The notes under the pieces: model-generated
What the model was told of the DNA's origin: nothing
The model's database searches: none
The model's input: the letters and a program-made list of their open reading frames with translations, nothing else
IMG/VR virus record: IMGVR_UViG_3300032163_000002
Coordinates: 77,028 to 141,027 of that record
DNA: 64,000 nt
Direction: 5' to 3' (one strand)
DNA from: a virus
Translations under genes and position numbers: made by a program
Shown: positions 26,782-35,923 of the stretch, one piece after another
Layout: each line of letters begins with the position of its first letter
How positions within the stretch are numbered: the first letter of the stretch is position 1

Positions 26782-29721
26782 ATGGCTAGAATTGCTGAAG
26801 ACAGAATTATTCCTTTGAGTCAGCTTAATCGGGTGCAAAAAGCCCTCATTAGAATCTTCGGCATTGACAGGTGGATTTTCGGGCGCAAAGCCATCACCAA
26901 GACGGGCGGCGGAGATCCAGAAGCAGTACGCCAAGAACAGATGTCCCTTCTCATGGGGGAATTCTCAGCCTATACGCAGTTAAGCAATGACAGACACGTA
27001 AAATACGCAGACTATGACGCGATGGACGAAGGTAGCCCTGAAGTTGCTTCTGTCCTCTCTCTCTACGCACAAGAAGCTTCTCCGGAAGACTTGCACACGC
27101 GTAAGGTGATATGGGTGACGGCAAAAGAAAAGGATCTTGAAAAAACCCTGAACCGACTGATACGAGAACTGAATCTCGAAGAGCGCGCGTGGGGCACAAT
27201 TCGAAATCTGGCAAAATATGGTGATTGCTTTTTGCTCAATTTATTTGCCGAAGGAAAAGGGGAAGGTACAGCACACGAAAAGAACAAGACATATCTACGT
27301 TCTTTACAATATATTTATCCCGGTCGTGTTAAACGTATTGAAGCTGATACATTGCTTGGGTATGTTTCAGAAGACCTTGCCACAATTATTCCTCCTGATG
27401 ACGACGAACATAATATGTATGCTCCGTGGGTTTTCTGTTACGATGCTGAGACGGAAGTTCTTACATCTCGTGGCTGGCTACATTTCAAGGATCTTGAAAA
27501 AACCGACATGATAGCTACTCGAAACCTTCGAACAAAGCAATTCGAATGGCAAAAACCTACAGAATACGTCAATCACCCGTATTCTGGTCCTATGGTTAAA
27601 TTCAGTTCTAATACGGTGGATCTTCTCGTTACACCTAATCATAGAATGCTGGTTTGGATTCCCACCAACAATAAAATTGGAACTGAACGAATCATCAAGG
27701 CCGAAGATATCATAACAGACAAACACAACCGCTCTCATTTTTCAATTCCGATGACATCTTCTTGGGCGGGTAACGAAATCAAAAATGTTACATTTAATCC
27801 GATAACTTCTCAGGTAACACGTCAAGAGCGTAACGGAAAAATAGCTACGCGCAATCAATGTAACCAGCAGCCTCTAAGTCTATCTGGAGATGATTATTGC
27901 GCGCTCATGGGAGCATGCCTTTCCGAAGGTAGCGTTGATCGTAAAAAAGGACTGCAAATTGCACAGCGCACCACATCAAAAGGATACACTAAATATAAAG
28001 AACTGTTCGAACGCATTAACGGGGGAAATGCTAGGCACAACGGTAAAGTGTTTTGGATTTATCGTCGTTGTTTAGTGCCTTTCTTCAATGCATTCGGATA
28101 TTCTCACGAAAAGTTCATTCCTGACAACATCATGAACGCTATCCCTAGACAACTTAAAATCTTTTGGGAGTATTACGTACTAGGTGACGGCTGGTTCACA
28201 CGAGATAGAAAAACACGAAACGGAATAGACCCGGTTATGATTGCAACCAGTAGCTTCCAGATGGCAGGACAACTTCAAGAAATCGCACAAAAATTAGGTT
28301 TTTGCGCCACCATGCGAACATTTCCAGCCAAAGACAAGATAATCAAAGGCCAGCGCACTCATATGCGCAAAAATTACCGTATTACGCTTCGAAATACTAA
28401 AGCTGTAACTTTTAAGTCTGAAATGACTGAATACACCGGTACAATTCACTGCGCGACAGTCCCTAACGGAGTCATGTATGTTAGGCGAAACGGTAAGCCT
28501 GCATGGTGTGGAAATACTCATGGACGACTGATGGCATACGATCAAGAAAGTATTTACGGGAGATCAATGTGCGAGGAAGTTCGAAAAATTTGGAAAATGC
28601 TGAGTATCCTTGAAACGATGGTGGCACTCGCACATGTCCAAAGGGCCATTGACCGAAATGTGTTCATGATAGATGTGGGGACCGCATCCGAAGAGGAAGC
28701 TCTTGCTCTCGTAAAAAAATACAAACAGTGGCTTCGTCGAAAGGAATTTTTCGATCCTCAGACGAATCAATTCAAAAATGACTTCAACCCTACCACGATC
28801 CAAGAAGATATTTTCTGGCCGACTCGTCCCAATTCCAATTCACGAGTTGATACACTTCAAGGAAAAACAGTACCACAAGGACTCGTAGATGATCTGAATT
28901 ACTTTCGCAATAAGCTCTGTGGAGGGCTAGGTGTTCCGCGTGAATACCTCGACGGTACAACACAAGGTTCAGTCTTCGACTCAAAAGCTGCTCTCGTTCT
29001 ACAAGATATTCATTTCGCCCGAAAAATCGAACGGCTTCAACGAAGCTTTCGCCAGATGATTCATCGTATCTGTCAAGTTCATCTTGCTCTTGATGGTGTA
29101 ATAACAAACGAATTTGAAATACGCATGGCTCCACTTTCTCTTATTAGCGATAGGCTCAATGAAGACTTGTGGCAACGACGTGCAGAAGTTCTTGGAGTGT
29201 TGACTCTGCTTGCTACACAAATGGGTTGGCCGCAAGATGTTTGGAATATTTATCTCACAAAAAATTTCATTCGAGACATTCCAAGTGACATATTGGAAAA
29301 ACTAATCGAAGGTATCAAAAAAATGGTGCCGCCAGAAGGACTCCCACAAGATGTGAGCACATCGGGAGAAACCGGAAACGGCGAGAAAGGGGGAAAATCC
29401 AGCGGACCCCCAATGACTCACAACCCAAAGAATCCACTCTCACCTGATGTTCCGAAAAAAATACCTCATGCTGATTTCCCTCTTACCCCGAAAAACCTTT
29501 TCAAAGATGCATTCGGAAAGATAGCAGCAGATAGCTTGGAAGAATCTCTTTATGAAAGCTACGGCGAAACAGAAACACTCGAACGGCTAAAAAGAGACCT
29601 CTCAAAAATGAAGCGGGGCATCATTGAAAAATATCCAGAACTTGAAAATATGGCAAAAGCTGCGGAAAAAGAACTAGATGAAGACGAGAAGAAAGAGTCG
29701 AATGAAGATGAGGAGGAGTAA
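26782..29721 (+). CDS. Portal protein (T4 gp20-like), intein-containing
   Basis: DYDAMD..PEVASVL, YGRSM, RNVFMIDVG, EDIFWP, DDLNYFRNKL, DIHFARKIERLQ; follows TerL. Confidence 0.88.
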   Translation: MARIAEDRIIPLSQLNRVQKALIRIFGIDRWIFGRKAITKTGGGDPEAVRQEQMSLLMGEFSAYTQLSNDRHVKYADYDAMDEGSPEVASVLSLYAQEASPEDLHTRKVIWVTAKEKDLEKTLNRLIRELNLEERAWGTIRNLAKYGDCFLLNLFAEGKGEGTAHEKNKTYLRSLQYIYPGRVKRIEADTLLGYVSEDLATIIPPDDDEHNMYAPWVFCYDAETEVLTSRGWLHFKDLEKTDMIATRNLRTKQFEWQKPTEYVNHPYSGPMVKFSSNTVDLLVTPNHRMLVWIPTNNKIGTERIIKAEDIITDKHNRSHFSIPMTSSWAGNEIKNVTFNPITSQVTRQERNGKIATRNQCNQQPLSLSGDDYCALMGACLSEGSVDRKKGLQIAQRTTSKGYTKYKELFERINGGNARHNGKVFWIYRRCLVPFFNAFGYSHEKFIPDNIMNAIPRQLKIFWEYYVLGDGWFTRDRKTRNGIDPVMIATSSFQMAGQLQEIAQKLGFCATMRTFPAKDKIIKGQRTHMRKNYRITLRNTKAVTFKSEMTEYTGTIHCATVPNGVMYVRRNGKPAWCGNTHGRLMAYDQESIYGRSMCEEVRKIWKMLSILETMVALAHVQRAIDRNVFMIDVGTASEEEALALVKKYKQWLRRKEFFDPQTNQFKNDFNPTTIQEDIFWPTRPNSNSRVDTLQGKTVPQGLVDDLNYFRNKLCGGLGVPREYLDGTTQGSVFDSKAALVLQDIHFARKIERLQRSFRQMIHRICQVHLALDGVITNEFEIRMAPLSLISDRLNEDLWQRRAEVLGVLTLLATQMGWPQDVWNIYLTKNFIRDIPSDILEKLIEGIKKMVPPEGLPQDVSTSGETGNGEKGGKSSGPPMTHNPKNPLSPDVPKKIPHADFPLTPKNLFKDAFGKIAADSLEESLYESYGETETLERLKRDLSKMKRGIIEKYPELENMAKAAEKELDEDEKKESNEDEEE
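27436..28515 (+). mobile_element. Intein (360 aa) with LAGLIDADG-like endonuclease in portal
   Basis: WVF|CYDAETEVLTSRGW...VTPNHRM...MGACLSEG...YVLGDG...VRRNGKPAWCGN|T. Confidence 0.92.
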
Positions 29722-30095
29722 TGACCGGAATACCTTCTCCTCAAACTCTTCTCGCCAAACGCACTGTTGAAAAATTACGAAATACCTTGCTTCCGAGTGC
29801 TGCACCTTACGAACCTGACTGGAATATGGCAATGATCCAGCGAGTTCTCGGTGCCCTTGGAGAAGTTATTCTCGATGCCGTTTCTCACGGAGAAGAAGTT
29901 CAGCTTGGGCGACTCGGTTCTTTTTTTCCGAAAGTTTTTGATGAACGAATTGTTGCTTCCAATTTACAAGGTGGCGAGAAAAAAGTAATCCCAAAGCGTA
30001 TACATCTCGGCTTCGATGCTACTACAAGCGCAGAAACACGCGTGCAAGAGTTCAGCAAATTTCTCAATGAATTCGATAAGCGGAAAACAAGTTGA
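29721..30095 (+). CDS. HU/IHF-like DNA-binding protein
   Basis: GEEVQLGRLGSF...ERIVASNLQGGEKKVIPKRIHLGF. Confidence 0.8.
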   Translation: MTGIPSPQTLLAKRTVEKLRNTLLPSAAPYEPDWNMAMIQRVLGALGEVILDAVSHGEEVQLGRLGSFFPKVFDERIVASNLQGGEKKVIPKRIHLGFDATTSAETRVQEFSKFLNEFDKRKTS

Positions 30096-32149
30096 TGAAA
30101 ACTCCTGTGGATCTCTTCGCCGAAGCCACACTGTATGAAGCACTGGTGGGCGCCATGATTTACGAATCCAAATATTTTCCGACACACGGACACGTTAGAC
30201 ACGCGCCTTCTTCCAGAAATAGAATACGAACGCAACTTCATACGTATGACGCGCTGGCAAACTACGATCAATGGAAAAATGCCAAACGTTATCAGGCAGG
30301 TGTAGTGAAAGCTGCCTTCGACCGAGTAAAATCAGATTTCAAAAGAGCACTACTTGACGCTACGCAGGGTTACAGAGCAAAAAAATACAATGCCAACGAA
30401 ATGAAGGTGCTATCAAAAGTTGCTTTCGATAATGCTTATACGAGTGCTTACGCTCTTGGTCTACGCGCAGCAGGGCTAACCCGTCTAAGCATGGGGCAAA
30501 AAACAGCCACCTCTGGCCCGACAATGGACCCACACGACAAAGAATGGCTGAAAAGCTCAGTAGCGCATGAACGCCGGTACTGGAATGAATTCGTAAGCTC
30601 CATCATTTCGGGAAGCATTGACGCTAAATGGCGTGCTTTCACGATGGAACAGCGTGTAGAATTTTATGTGCGTACACTCGACCACGTATATGAAACTGCC
30701 CGAGTCGTAGGACATCCTGTTCACACAATTTTTTACTGGACCCTGCACCCAGCAGAACACTGTATCGCTGAATCAGCATGGCTCGTGACCGATCAAGGGC
30801 TTCTTACCATGAAAGAAGCAGCTAAAACAATGCAATGCCGCGTTGCCACTGGAATGACAAACGGGCTCGGCAATATTAGAAAAGTAATTTCAAAAGGTCA
30901 TCAGCCAGTCCTGTGTATCACGACACATCTTGGCTATCACCTCGAAGGTACGAATGAGCACCGTATTGTGATTTATGATGTAGCAACAAAAAATCTTGCG
31001 TGGAAAACACTCGGTCAAATTAAACGTGGGGATCTACTTGTCATGACACGCGGACAATTCGACCGTTACGGAGCAGGCCGCCACATTGATCCGGAAATTG
31101 CAGAGCTTCTTGGGTTTATCGAAGGAAACGGTTACTACTGGCACGAAAAACACGCCACACGAAAAACTCCAAGGCAAATACTTGGATACCTTTTAGATCG
31201 TCGAGACATGGATCTTTGGACTCGTTACAACGACGCTCTTTTACGAAACGGTATGGAAACCTTCAGAGCCAACAACTATTCTGGTTCTAATCATGTCTTA
31301 AATATTCGGACAGGAAAACTCAGCACAATAAAGACCCTTCGTTTACTCGGAGCCAAATCAGGATTTTCCGAAGTCATCAGGGCATTCTCCCCCGATTCAT
31401 TAGCTGCGTATCTACGTGGACTTTTTGAAGCTGATGGTTCGTGTGGTAGGAGAAAAACCGACACAAAACTAATTTCGATTAGCGTCTGTTTTTCCTCTGC
31501 AAAGGAAACATTCATTCGAGACATTCAGATGGCCCTCTTCTCCCTTGGCATTTTAAGTCGTATTTACAAACAAACAGGAAACACAAACTTCAAGCAAAAC
31601 CGAACTCTGTGGACCCTGAAGATTCTCGGAGGAGCTAATCTCGTTCGATTCATCGAACGTATCAATTTCGCCAGTCGAAGAAAGCGTCTTCAACTCAGAG
31701 AAGTCCACGAAAAAGAGACCAGAGGTGATACATTCCCGGTTCATGAAAAGAAACGTGCATCAGTTGGTCAGCTTATTGAAATGAACGTCAAAAACCACAA
31801 AATTCAAGAGTGGCTGACATCCGACATTCATTTTGCTAGAGCCGTAACACTGAAAAAGCTTAAGCCACGCGAAGTCTATGACGTACTTGACAGCTCAACA
31901 CATACTTTTTCGGCCAATGGTTTTCTCGTGCATAATTGCGATGGCTGTATCATGTTAGCAGATAATTCTCCTTACACACGCGAAACACTTCCTGCCGTAC
32001 CACGTTCAGGAGCTACACAGTGCCTTGCAAACTGTAAATGTGAACTTCGTGTCGTGACCCCTTCCAATACAAATCAATGGGATCAAATCAGGAAACAAGG
32101 AAATCGAAATATCCTTCTTGCAAAATTAAAGTCCCTCAAACGTAGATGA
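30092..32149 (+). CDS. Head morphogenesis (Mu gpF/SPP1 gp7-like) protein, intein-containing
   Basis: Spliced extein W.L.PAEHCDGC...SPY...LPAVPRSGATQCLANCKC; position after portal. Confidence 0.7.
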   Translation: MMKTPVDLFAEATLYEALVGAMIYESKYFPTHGHVRHAPSSRNRIRTQLHTYDALANYDQWKNAKRYQAGVVKAAFDRVKSDFKRALLDATQGYRAKKYNANEMKVLSKVAFDNAYTSAYALGLRAAGLTRLSMGQKTATSGPTMDPHDKEWLKSSVAHERRYWNEFVSSIISGSIDAKWRAFTMEQRVEFYVRTLDHVYETARVVGHPVHTIFYWTLHPAEHCIAESAWLVTDQGLLTMKEAAKTMQCRVATGMTNGLGNIRKVISKGHQPVLCITTHLGYHLEGTNEHRIVIYDVATKNLAWKTLGQIKRGDLLVMTRGQFDRYGAGRHIDPEIAELLGFIEGNGYYWHEKHATRKTPRQILGYLLDRRDMDLWTRYNDALLRNGMETFRANNYSGSNHVLNIRTGKLSTIKTLRLLGAKSGFSEVIRAFSPDSLAAYLRGLFEADGSCGRRKTDTKLISISVCFSSAKETFIRDIQMALFSLGILSRIYKQTGNTNFKQNRTLWTLKILGGANLVRFIERINFASRRKRLQLREVHEKETRGDTFPVHEKKRASVGQLIEMNVKNHKIQEWLTSDIHFARAVTLKKLKPREVYDVLDSSTHTFSANGFLVHNCDGCIMLADNSPYTRETLPAVPRSGATQCLANCKCELRVVTPSNTNQWDQIRKQGNRNILLAKLKSLKRR
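30761..31936 (+). mobile_element. Intein (392 aa) with LAGLIDADG endonuclease
   Basis: EH|CIAESAWLVTDQG...GTNEHRI...LGFIEGNG...YLRGLFEADG...VYDV...ANGFLVHN|C. Confidence 0.92.
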
Positions 32150-32169
32150 ACTATCTTCATGAGGATCTC

Positions 32170-32880
32170 ATGAAGAAACCACTGAACGAAACATTACTTC
32201 CTCCCGCCGTAGAAATAATCACGATAATCCCCCTAAAAACCACCGACAAATTCCTCGGCGGAAAACCTGAATATGACGCAGACATAAAATGGAGTCCTGT
32301 AACCGCAGAAGCTTTTAGGAATTCCTTCCATGAATACAGCCCCGAATACCCTCTCATCGCGCAATTCATTGATGCCGCGATGCAGCAACCTGAAGCTGTC
32401 TTCGGTTTTCGAGCTGGAGACGTGGATCTTCCTATCCTGCTTTCCTTCCGTCCCGCCAAAGGTGGGCTATGCATAGGAACCGCAAGTCCAGACTGGTTCT
32501 CCTCGGCAGGCCCGGACGCCGACGAAGACGAGGATGACCCCGGCTTCATCAGTCCCGGAACCGTTGAAAGCACCGTTTTCCGTCTTCTCTTACCCGGTAA
32601 GAGCCCTGTTCCTGTCAAGGAGGGCTTAGGCTGGAAGATCTGTGTTCCTCGCCATAGACGGGCACAGGGCATGGCTGAGTCTATCTCTACGGCAGCCGCA
32701 GCCTACCTCGTCAGTCTCTCTCAGCGGAGCCTCACCATTCGAGAAGGAAAAGAAACCTACAGTGCCATCTTCAAATTCGAAGAAGACGCGAAAGAGTTCG
32801 CACGGATACTCGGTGCTCCTGAGCCTCTTATCGAAGATCAAGCCGAAAAAATCGCTCTTCGGCTTCTGCGAGAGGAGTGA
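32170..32880 (+). CDS. Hypothetical late protein
   Basis: ACTATC at 32150-32155 and GAGGA SD before ATG 32170 (track start 32146). Confidence 0.7.
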   Translation: MKKPLNETLLPPAVEIITIIPLKTTDKFLGGKPEYDADIKWSPVTAEAFRNSFHEYSPEYPLIAQFIDAAMQQPEAVFGFRAGDVDLPILLSFRPAKGGLCIGTASPDWFSSAGPDADEDEDDPGFISPGTVESTVFRLLLPGKSPVPVKEGLGWKICVPRHRRAQGMAESISTAAAAYLVSLSQRSLTIREGKETYSAIFKFEEDAKEFARILGAPEPLIEDQAEKIALRLLREE

Positions 32881-32883
32881 ACC

Positions 32884-33294
32884 TTGAGTTTGACTTTGAC
32901 CCTTAATGGAAATATCGGGCGCTCTACTTCTTCATACCAACGTGAAGTTCTGAGAGATTTAGCACTTGCTTCAGAAGAATGCACCCTAGAGACGGGTATC
33001 AAAAGATTCCTGCTTCGGTATGGCACAGGCTCGAACCCAGCGCCTACAATACTTCCGATTGTTGTTGCTTTCGATCAAATCGTTGTGGTGAAATTTCTTT
33101 ACGTCCATGTCACAAATGACGCTGTAATTCGGATAGAAAACAGCGCGGGGGCTACCAACAACAAATCCTGTGACATTACGCTTGGCGGGCCAGAAGGCAC
33201 ACTCATTCTGTTCCCTGTATCCGTCACGAAGCTGTCAATTATTTCCACGACGACAGATTCAACAGAAGTTGAAATTTATATGGCTGGAAATTAA
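32884..33294 (+). CDS. Hypothetical beta-rich, possibly virion, protein
   Basis: GAGGAG SD, TTG start. Confidence 0.65.
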   Translation: MSLTLTLNGNIGRSTSSYQREVLRDLALASEECTLETGIKRFLLRYGTGSNPAPTILPIVVAFDQIVVVKFLYVHVTNDAVIRIENSAGATNNKSCDITLGGPEGTLILFPVSVTKLSIISTTTDSTEVEIYMAGN

Positions 33295-33297
33295 GTC

Positions 33298-33537
33298 GTG
33301 AGTGAAAATCTTCAAGAAACTATGGGTGGCGAAAAGCAATACAGTTACTTCGACTTCATGCTGGCATTAAAAACACTGCCAGATTCGGTAGCTACTCTCG
33401 CATTTACAGAATGGCTGACTGCCTTTGCTCTTGATAAAGACCGACAAGCAATCTTTCAAAAATACATAGAATGGTCAAAGACACCAAGCTGGAAAAGAAA
33501 ACCGTGGGAAAACCCTCCAATGTGGCAAGACGGGTAA
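33298..33537 (+). CDS. Hypothetical protein
   Basis: Last gene of the plus-strand operon. Confidence 0.55.
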   Translation: MSENLQETMGGEKQYSYFDFMLALKTLPDSVATLAFTEWLTAFALDKDRQAIFQKYIEWSKTPSWKRKPWENPPMWQDG

Positions 33538-33564
33538 TAATTTCCAACCTCATCATTCAAATAC

Positions 33565-33597
33565 AAAAAAATAAGGGGGTCGAAAGATCCCCTTATT
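33565..33597 (-). terminator. Intrinsic terminator at the convergence of the head and tail operons (possibly bidirectional)
   Basis: AATAAGGGGGTC-GAAA-GATCCCCTTATT with an A-run on the left (U-tract on the minus strand). Confidence 0.85.
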
Positions 33598-33615
33598 CAT
33601 TAAAACCACTCTTGT

Positions 33616-34074
33616 TCAAATAACCAACGCTTCCGGATTTATGACGCCAAACAGCTTCAAAAGATTAGGAATCGTATCTGCTGAAATAGTGATGACTCGT
33701 CCGGGGCCAAGGTTGATCGTTGCTGACGCAGGAACACTTGATGCGGGTACACCCGGCGCAGCACCCGGAGCCGTACCTGCCACCGCAGATGCGAAAGCAT
33801 TTGAATAACCGGGAACATTCGGGAACGATCCCCCTAAGCTGTTCAAATCCGCCTGCATAGCTTTCAAATCAGACAGTGTGTATTTCTGGCCATTAATTGC
33901 TCCGATAATGTAAGGAATCAAACGCTTCAGCGCTGTATCTGCAAGCCCAATGATTGGGCCTGCTGCCGGAAAGATCATGGTAAGCCCGACCGTGAGAACC
34001 TCCTCGACAGATTGAATGACTTCAGGGCTGATAGTGGATGCAACAGCCGGAGTAATGGAAGGATTAGCACTCAT
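33616..34074 (-). CDS. Hypothetical protein with hydrophobic segment
   Basis: AAGGA SD. Confidence 0.65.
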   Translation of the reverse strand: MSANPSITPAVASTISPEVIQSVEEVLTVGLTMIFPAAGPIIGLADTALKRLIPYIIGAINGQKYTLSDLKAMQADLNSLGGSFPNVPGYSNAFASAVAGTAPGAAPGVPASSVPASATINLGPGRVITISADTIPNLLKLFGVINPEALVI

Positions 34075-34083
34075 GGTAATTCC

Positions 34084-34581
34084 TTACTTGACCGCAAGCG
34101 CACCGCTGGGCGGTGCGGCAGGAAGTGCAGGAGGAGTAGATGAAATAAAATAAGCCGGATCGTAAGCAACAGTGTTTTTTCCACCCGGAAGATTGTACGT
34201 GACCGTAGTGTTCAGAAAATTAGAGTCAAATGCACGAACAGTTGTAATTATCTGAAATGCGGCACCCCAAGCGTTTGCTGCACAAGGAGAAAAGTCTGAC
34301 AGATTCACGTTTACAGCTTGCCCCTCTGGAATTCCCGTTGCAGCTTTTACGTAAGCATTATACATGCAATTCCACGCTGTATCGTAAGAACCTTCAAGTG
34401 CGTTGATCTTGGTTTGCGTTGCTATGTCTGTAATTTTGGCTTGAATTTGAGGAGAGGTCATCATATCGTGTTCTGCGCGTCGAAAGGCGTAGGATACTGT
34501 TAGTACGGTAGGAGCTAACGTACACCCACACAAGACTACCGTAAGGATAAATGCCAGCCCGAGCTTGAACGCTTGTTTCAT
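34084..34581 (-). CDS. Putative lipoprotein
   Basis: MKQAFKLGLAFILTVVLCGC: signal peptide with lipobox; AAGGAG SD before ATG 34581. Confidence 0.7.
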   Translation of the reverse strand: MKQAFKLGLAFILTVVLCGCTLAPTVLTVSYAFRRAEHDMMTSPQIQAKITDIATQTKINALEGSYDTAWNCMYNAYVKAATGIPEGQAVNVNLSDFSPCAANAWGAAFQIITTVRAFDSNFLNTTVTYNLPGGKNTVAYDPAYFISSTPPALPAAPPSGALAVK

Positions 34582-34594
34582 CTCTTCTCCTTTT

Positions 34595-34981
34595 TCAGCC
34601 GTGTTTAACGGCTGCCTCTTCGTTCTGGAAATTTTGAACACTGATAAGATAAGACTCTAATTCCTCGATTGTCAAGCATTCTTTTGACGAAAACATTTCC
34701 AAAGGTAAGTTAAGAGCGTGCAGGGAGTGCTCGACAAAAGGATAGAATTTGTTTTCTTTTACTATCCCGGCAGAAACGTCATAGAGCAACATTCCAACCA
34801 TCAAGAATTCTCGTGCCGTAATGGCTTGTACACCGTAACCGTTTTTGAAAAACCAATGGCGAATCTCCGGGTCCGGAATGTCTTTCCCTGTACCACGAAA
34901 ATGCAGAAGAGCACTCGTAAGTTGAAAATCCCATACCGGGTCCAACCGCTCAATAAATGTTGGATTCATGTATATCCGCAT
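34595..34981 (-). CDS. Hypothetical protein
   Basis: ORF tiles the operon. Confidence 0.6.
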   Translation of the reverse strand: MRIYMNPTFIERLDPVWDFQLTSALLHFRGTGKDIPDPEIRHWFFKNGYGVQAITAREFLMVGMLLYDVSAGIVKENKFYPFVEHSLHALNLPLEMFSSKECLTIEELESYLISVQNFQNEEAAVKHG

Positions 34982-34989
34982 AATCTAAA

Positions 34990-35096
34990 TGCCAAACTTT
35001 CTTTTGAATTTGGCTACGAAGGGGTGAGATGTGTCGGAACTCATGTGCGGAAAGGAGAGAAGGAGAGAACGCTCAGGAGATGACACACCTCACCCA
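34990..35096 (-). ncRNA. Structured intergenic RNA with an anti-Shine-Dalgarno loop
   Basis: 14-bp stem GGGUGAGGUGUGUC/GACACAUCUCACCC enclosing GCG-UUCUCUCCUUCUCUCCUUUC-CGC; second hairpin GCCAAA..UUUGGC downstream. Confidence 0.55.
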
Positions 35097-35105
35097 CAGG
35101 ATTTT

Positions 35106-35603
35106 TTAAGACACTGTCTGCATCTGTTTGTTAGAAAAAGAATGTTGTAACGCAAGTAGAAGGCAAGCACGTAAGAGCGCAATTTCAGGAGTCGGTCCAT
35201 ACGCGATTGCCTTCATTTTTGCTTCCGTTTCCCACCAGAGAGCTTCATCGTTTAGATTGCCTCCATGAGGGCCACATTCAATTTCATAGGCATGAAGGCC
35301 AAATCCAGCTACATAAGCTCGATCTTTTGTTACCGTTTTCAAGTTTTCTGTAATGGACAACGGCCATGTATAGGAAACAGAAATACCAGTTCGCAGTAAT
35401 GATGCTACTTCCATGATTTTTTCGAAACTAGTATAATGAGGAATAGTACAAAGCTTTTTGGCATCCGTAATACCATAAATGATTCGTCCAACAAGAGCAT
35501 TTAAGAATGTGGGAGAACCAACGAGAATAGAATCTCTTAGCTCCTGATAATTTTCAGGAAGTTCTTCTATCCGTTTTTGTGTTGCCATACTCACAATCTC
35601 CAC
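35106..35603 (-). CDS. Hypothetical protein
   Basis: C-terminal AYGPTPEIALLRACLLA motif, seen in small phage proteins. Confidence 0.6.
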   Translation of the reverse strand: MEIVSMATQKRIEELPENYQELRDSILVGSPTFLNALVGRIIYGITDAKKLCTIPHYTSFEKIMEVASLLRTGISVSYTWPLSITENLKTVTKDRAYVAGFGLHAYEIECGPHGGNLNDEALWWETEAKMKAIAYGPTPEIALLRACLLLALQHSFSNKQMQTVS

Positions 35604-35605
35604 CG

Positions 35606-35923
35606 TTAAACATTTCCAATTTCATCAAAAAGTAGTTGTTTCAGTTCTCGGTAAGCACTTAATTTTCCCTCAAAATAAAGATCCATGTACGAAGAGCTAC
35701 CTTCGTGAAGTTTAACGTGTTCTTTGATGATTTCTTCTACAATGCTTTTGAAAAGAATAAGACCTTCGCGGCGGCTATCCATTGTAAGAATTTCAACTAT
35801 ACGAATTAGTTTTTCACGTTCTGGAAACCGATCAAGTTCATATTGCATCAACTGACGGACACGGTCCCGAACTTGTCGGGCCGTATCCGCCAAAGGACGC
35901 TGCTGCGTCGCTACGACACTCAT
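35606..35923 (-). CDS. Hypothetical protein
   Basis: TAATG coupling to the tail fibre gene. Confidence 0.6.
   Translation of the reverse strand: MSVVATQQRPLADTARQVRDRVRQLMQYELDRFPEREKLIRIVEILTMDSRREGLILFKSIVEEIIKEHVKLHEGSSSYMDLYFEGKLSAYRELKQLLFDEIGNV

Noticed and set aside
35041-35080. Plus-strand CsrA/RsmA sponge (several GGA motifs) or a tiny ORF
   Set aside because: The locus lies in a minus-strand operon, the stem is better on the minus strand (G-U versus A-C), and no plus-strand promoter was seen. Kept only as an alternative.
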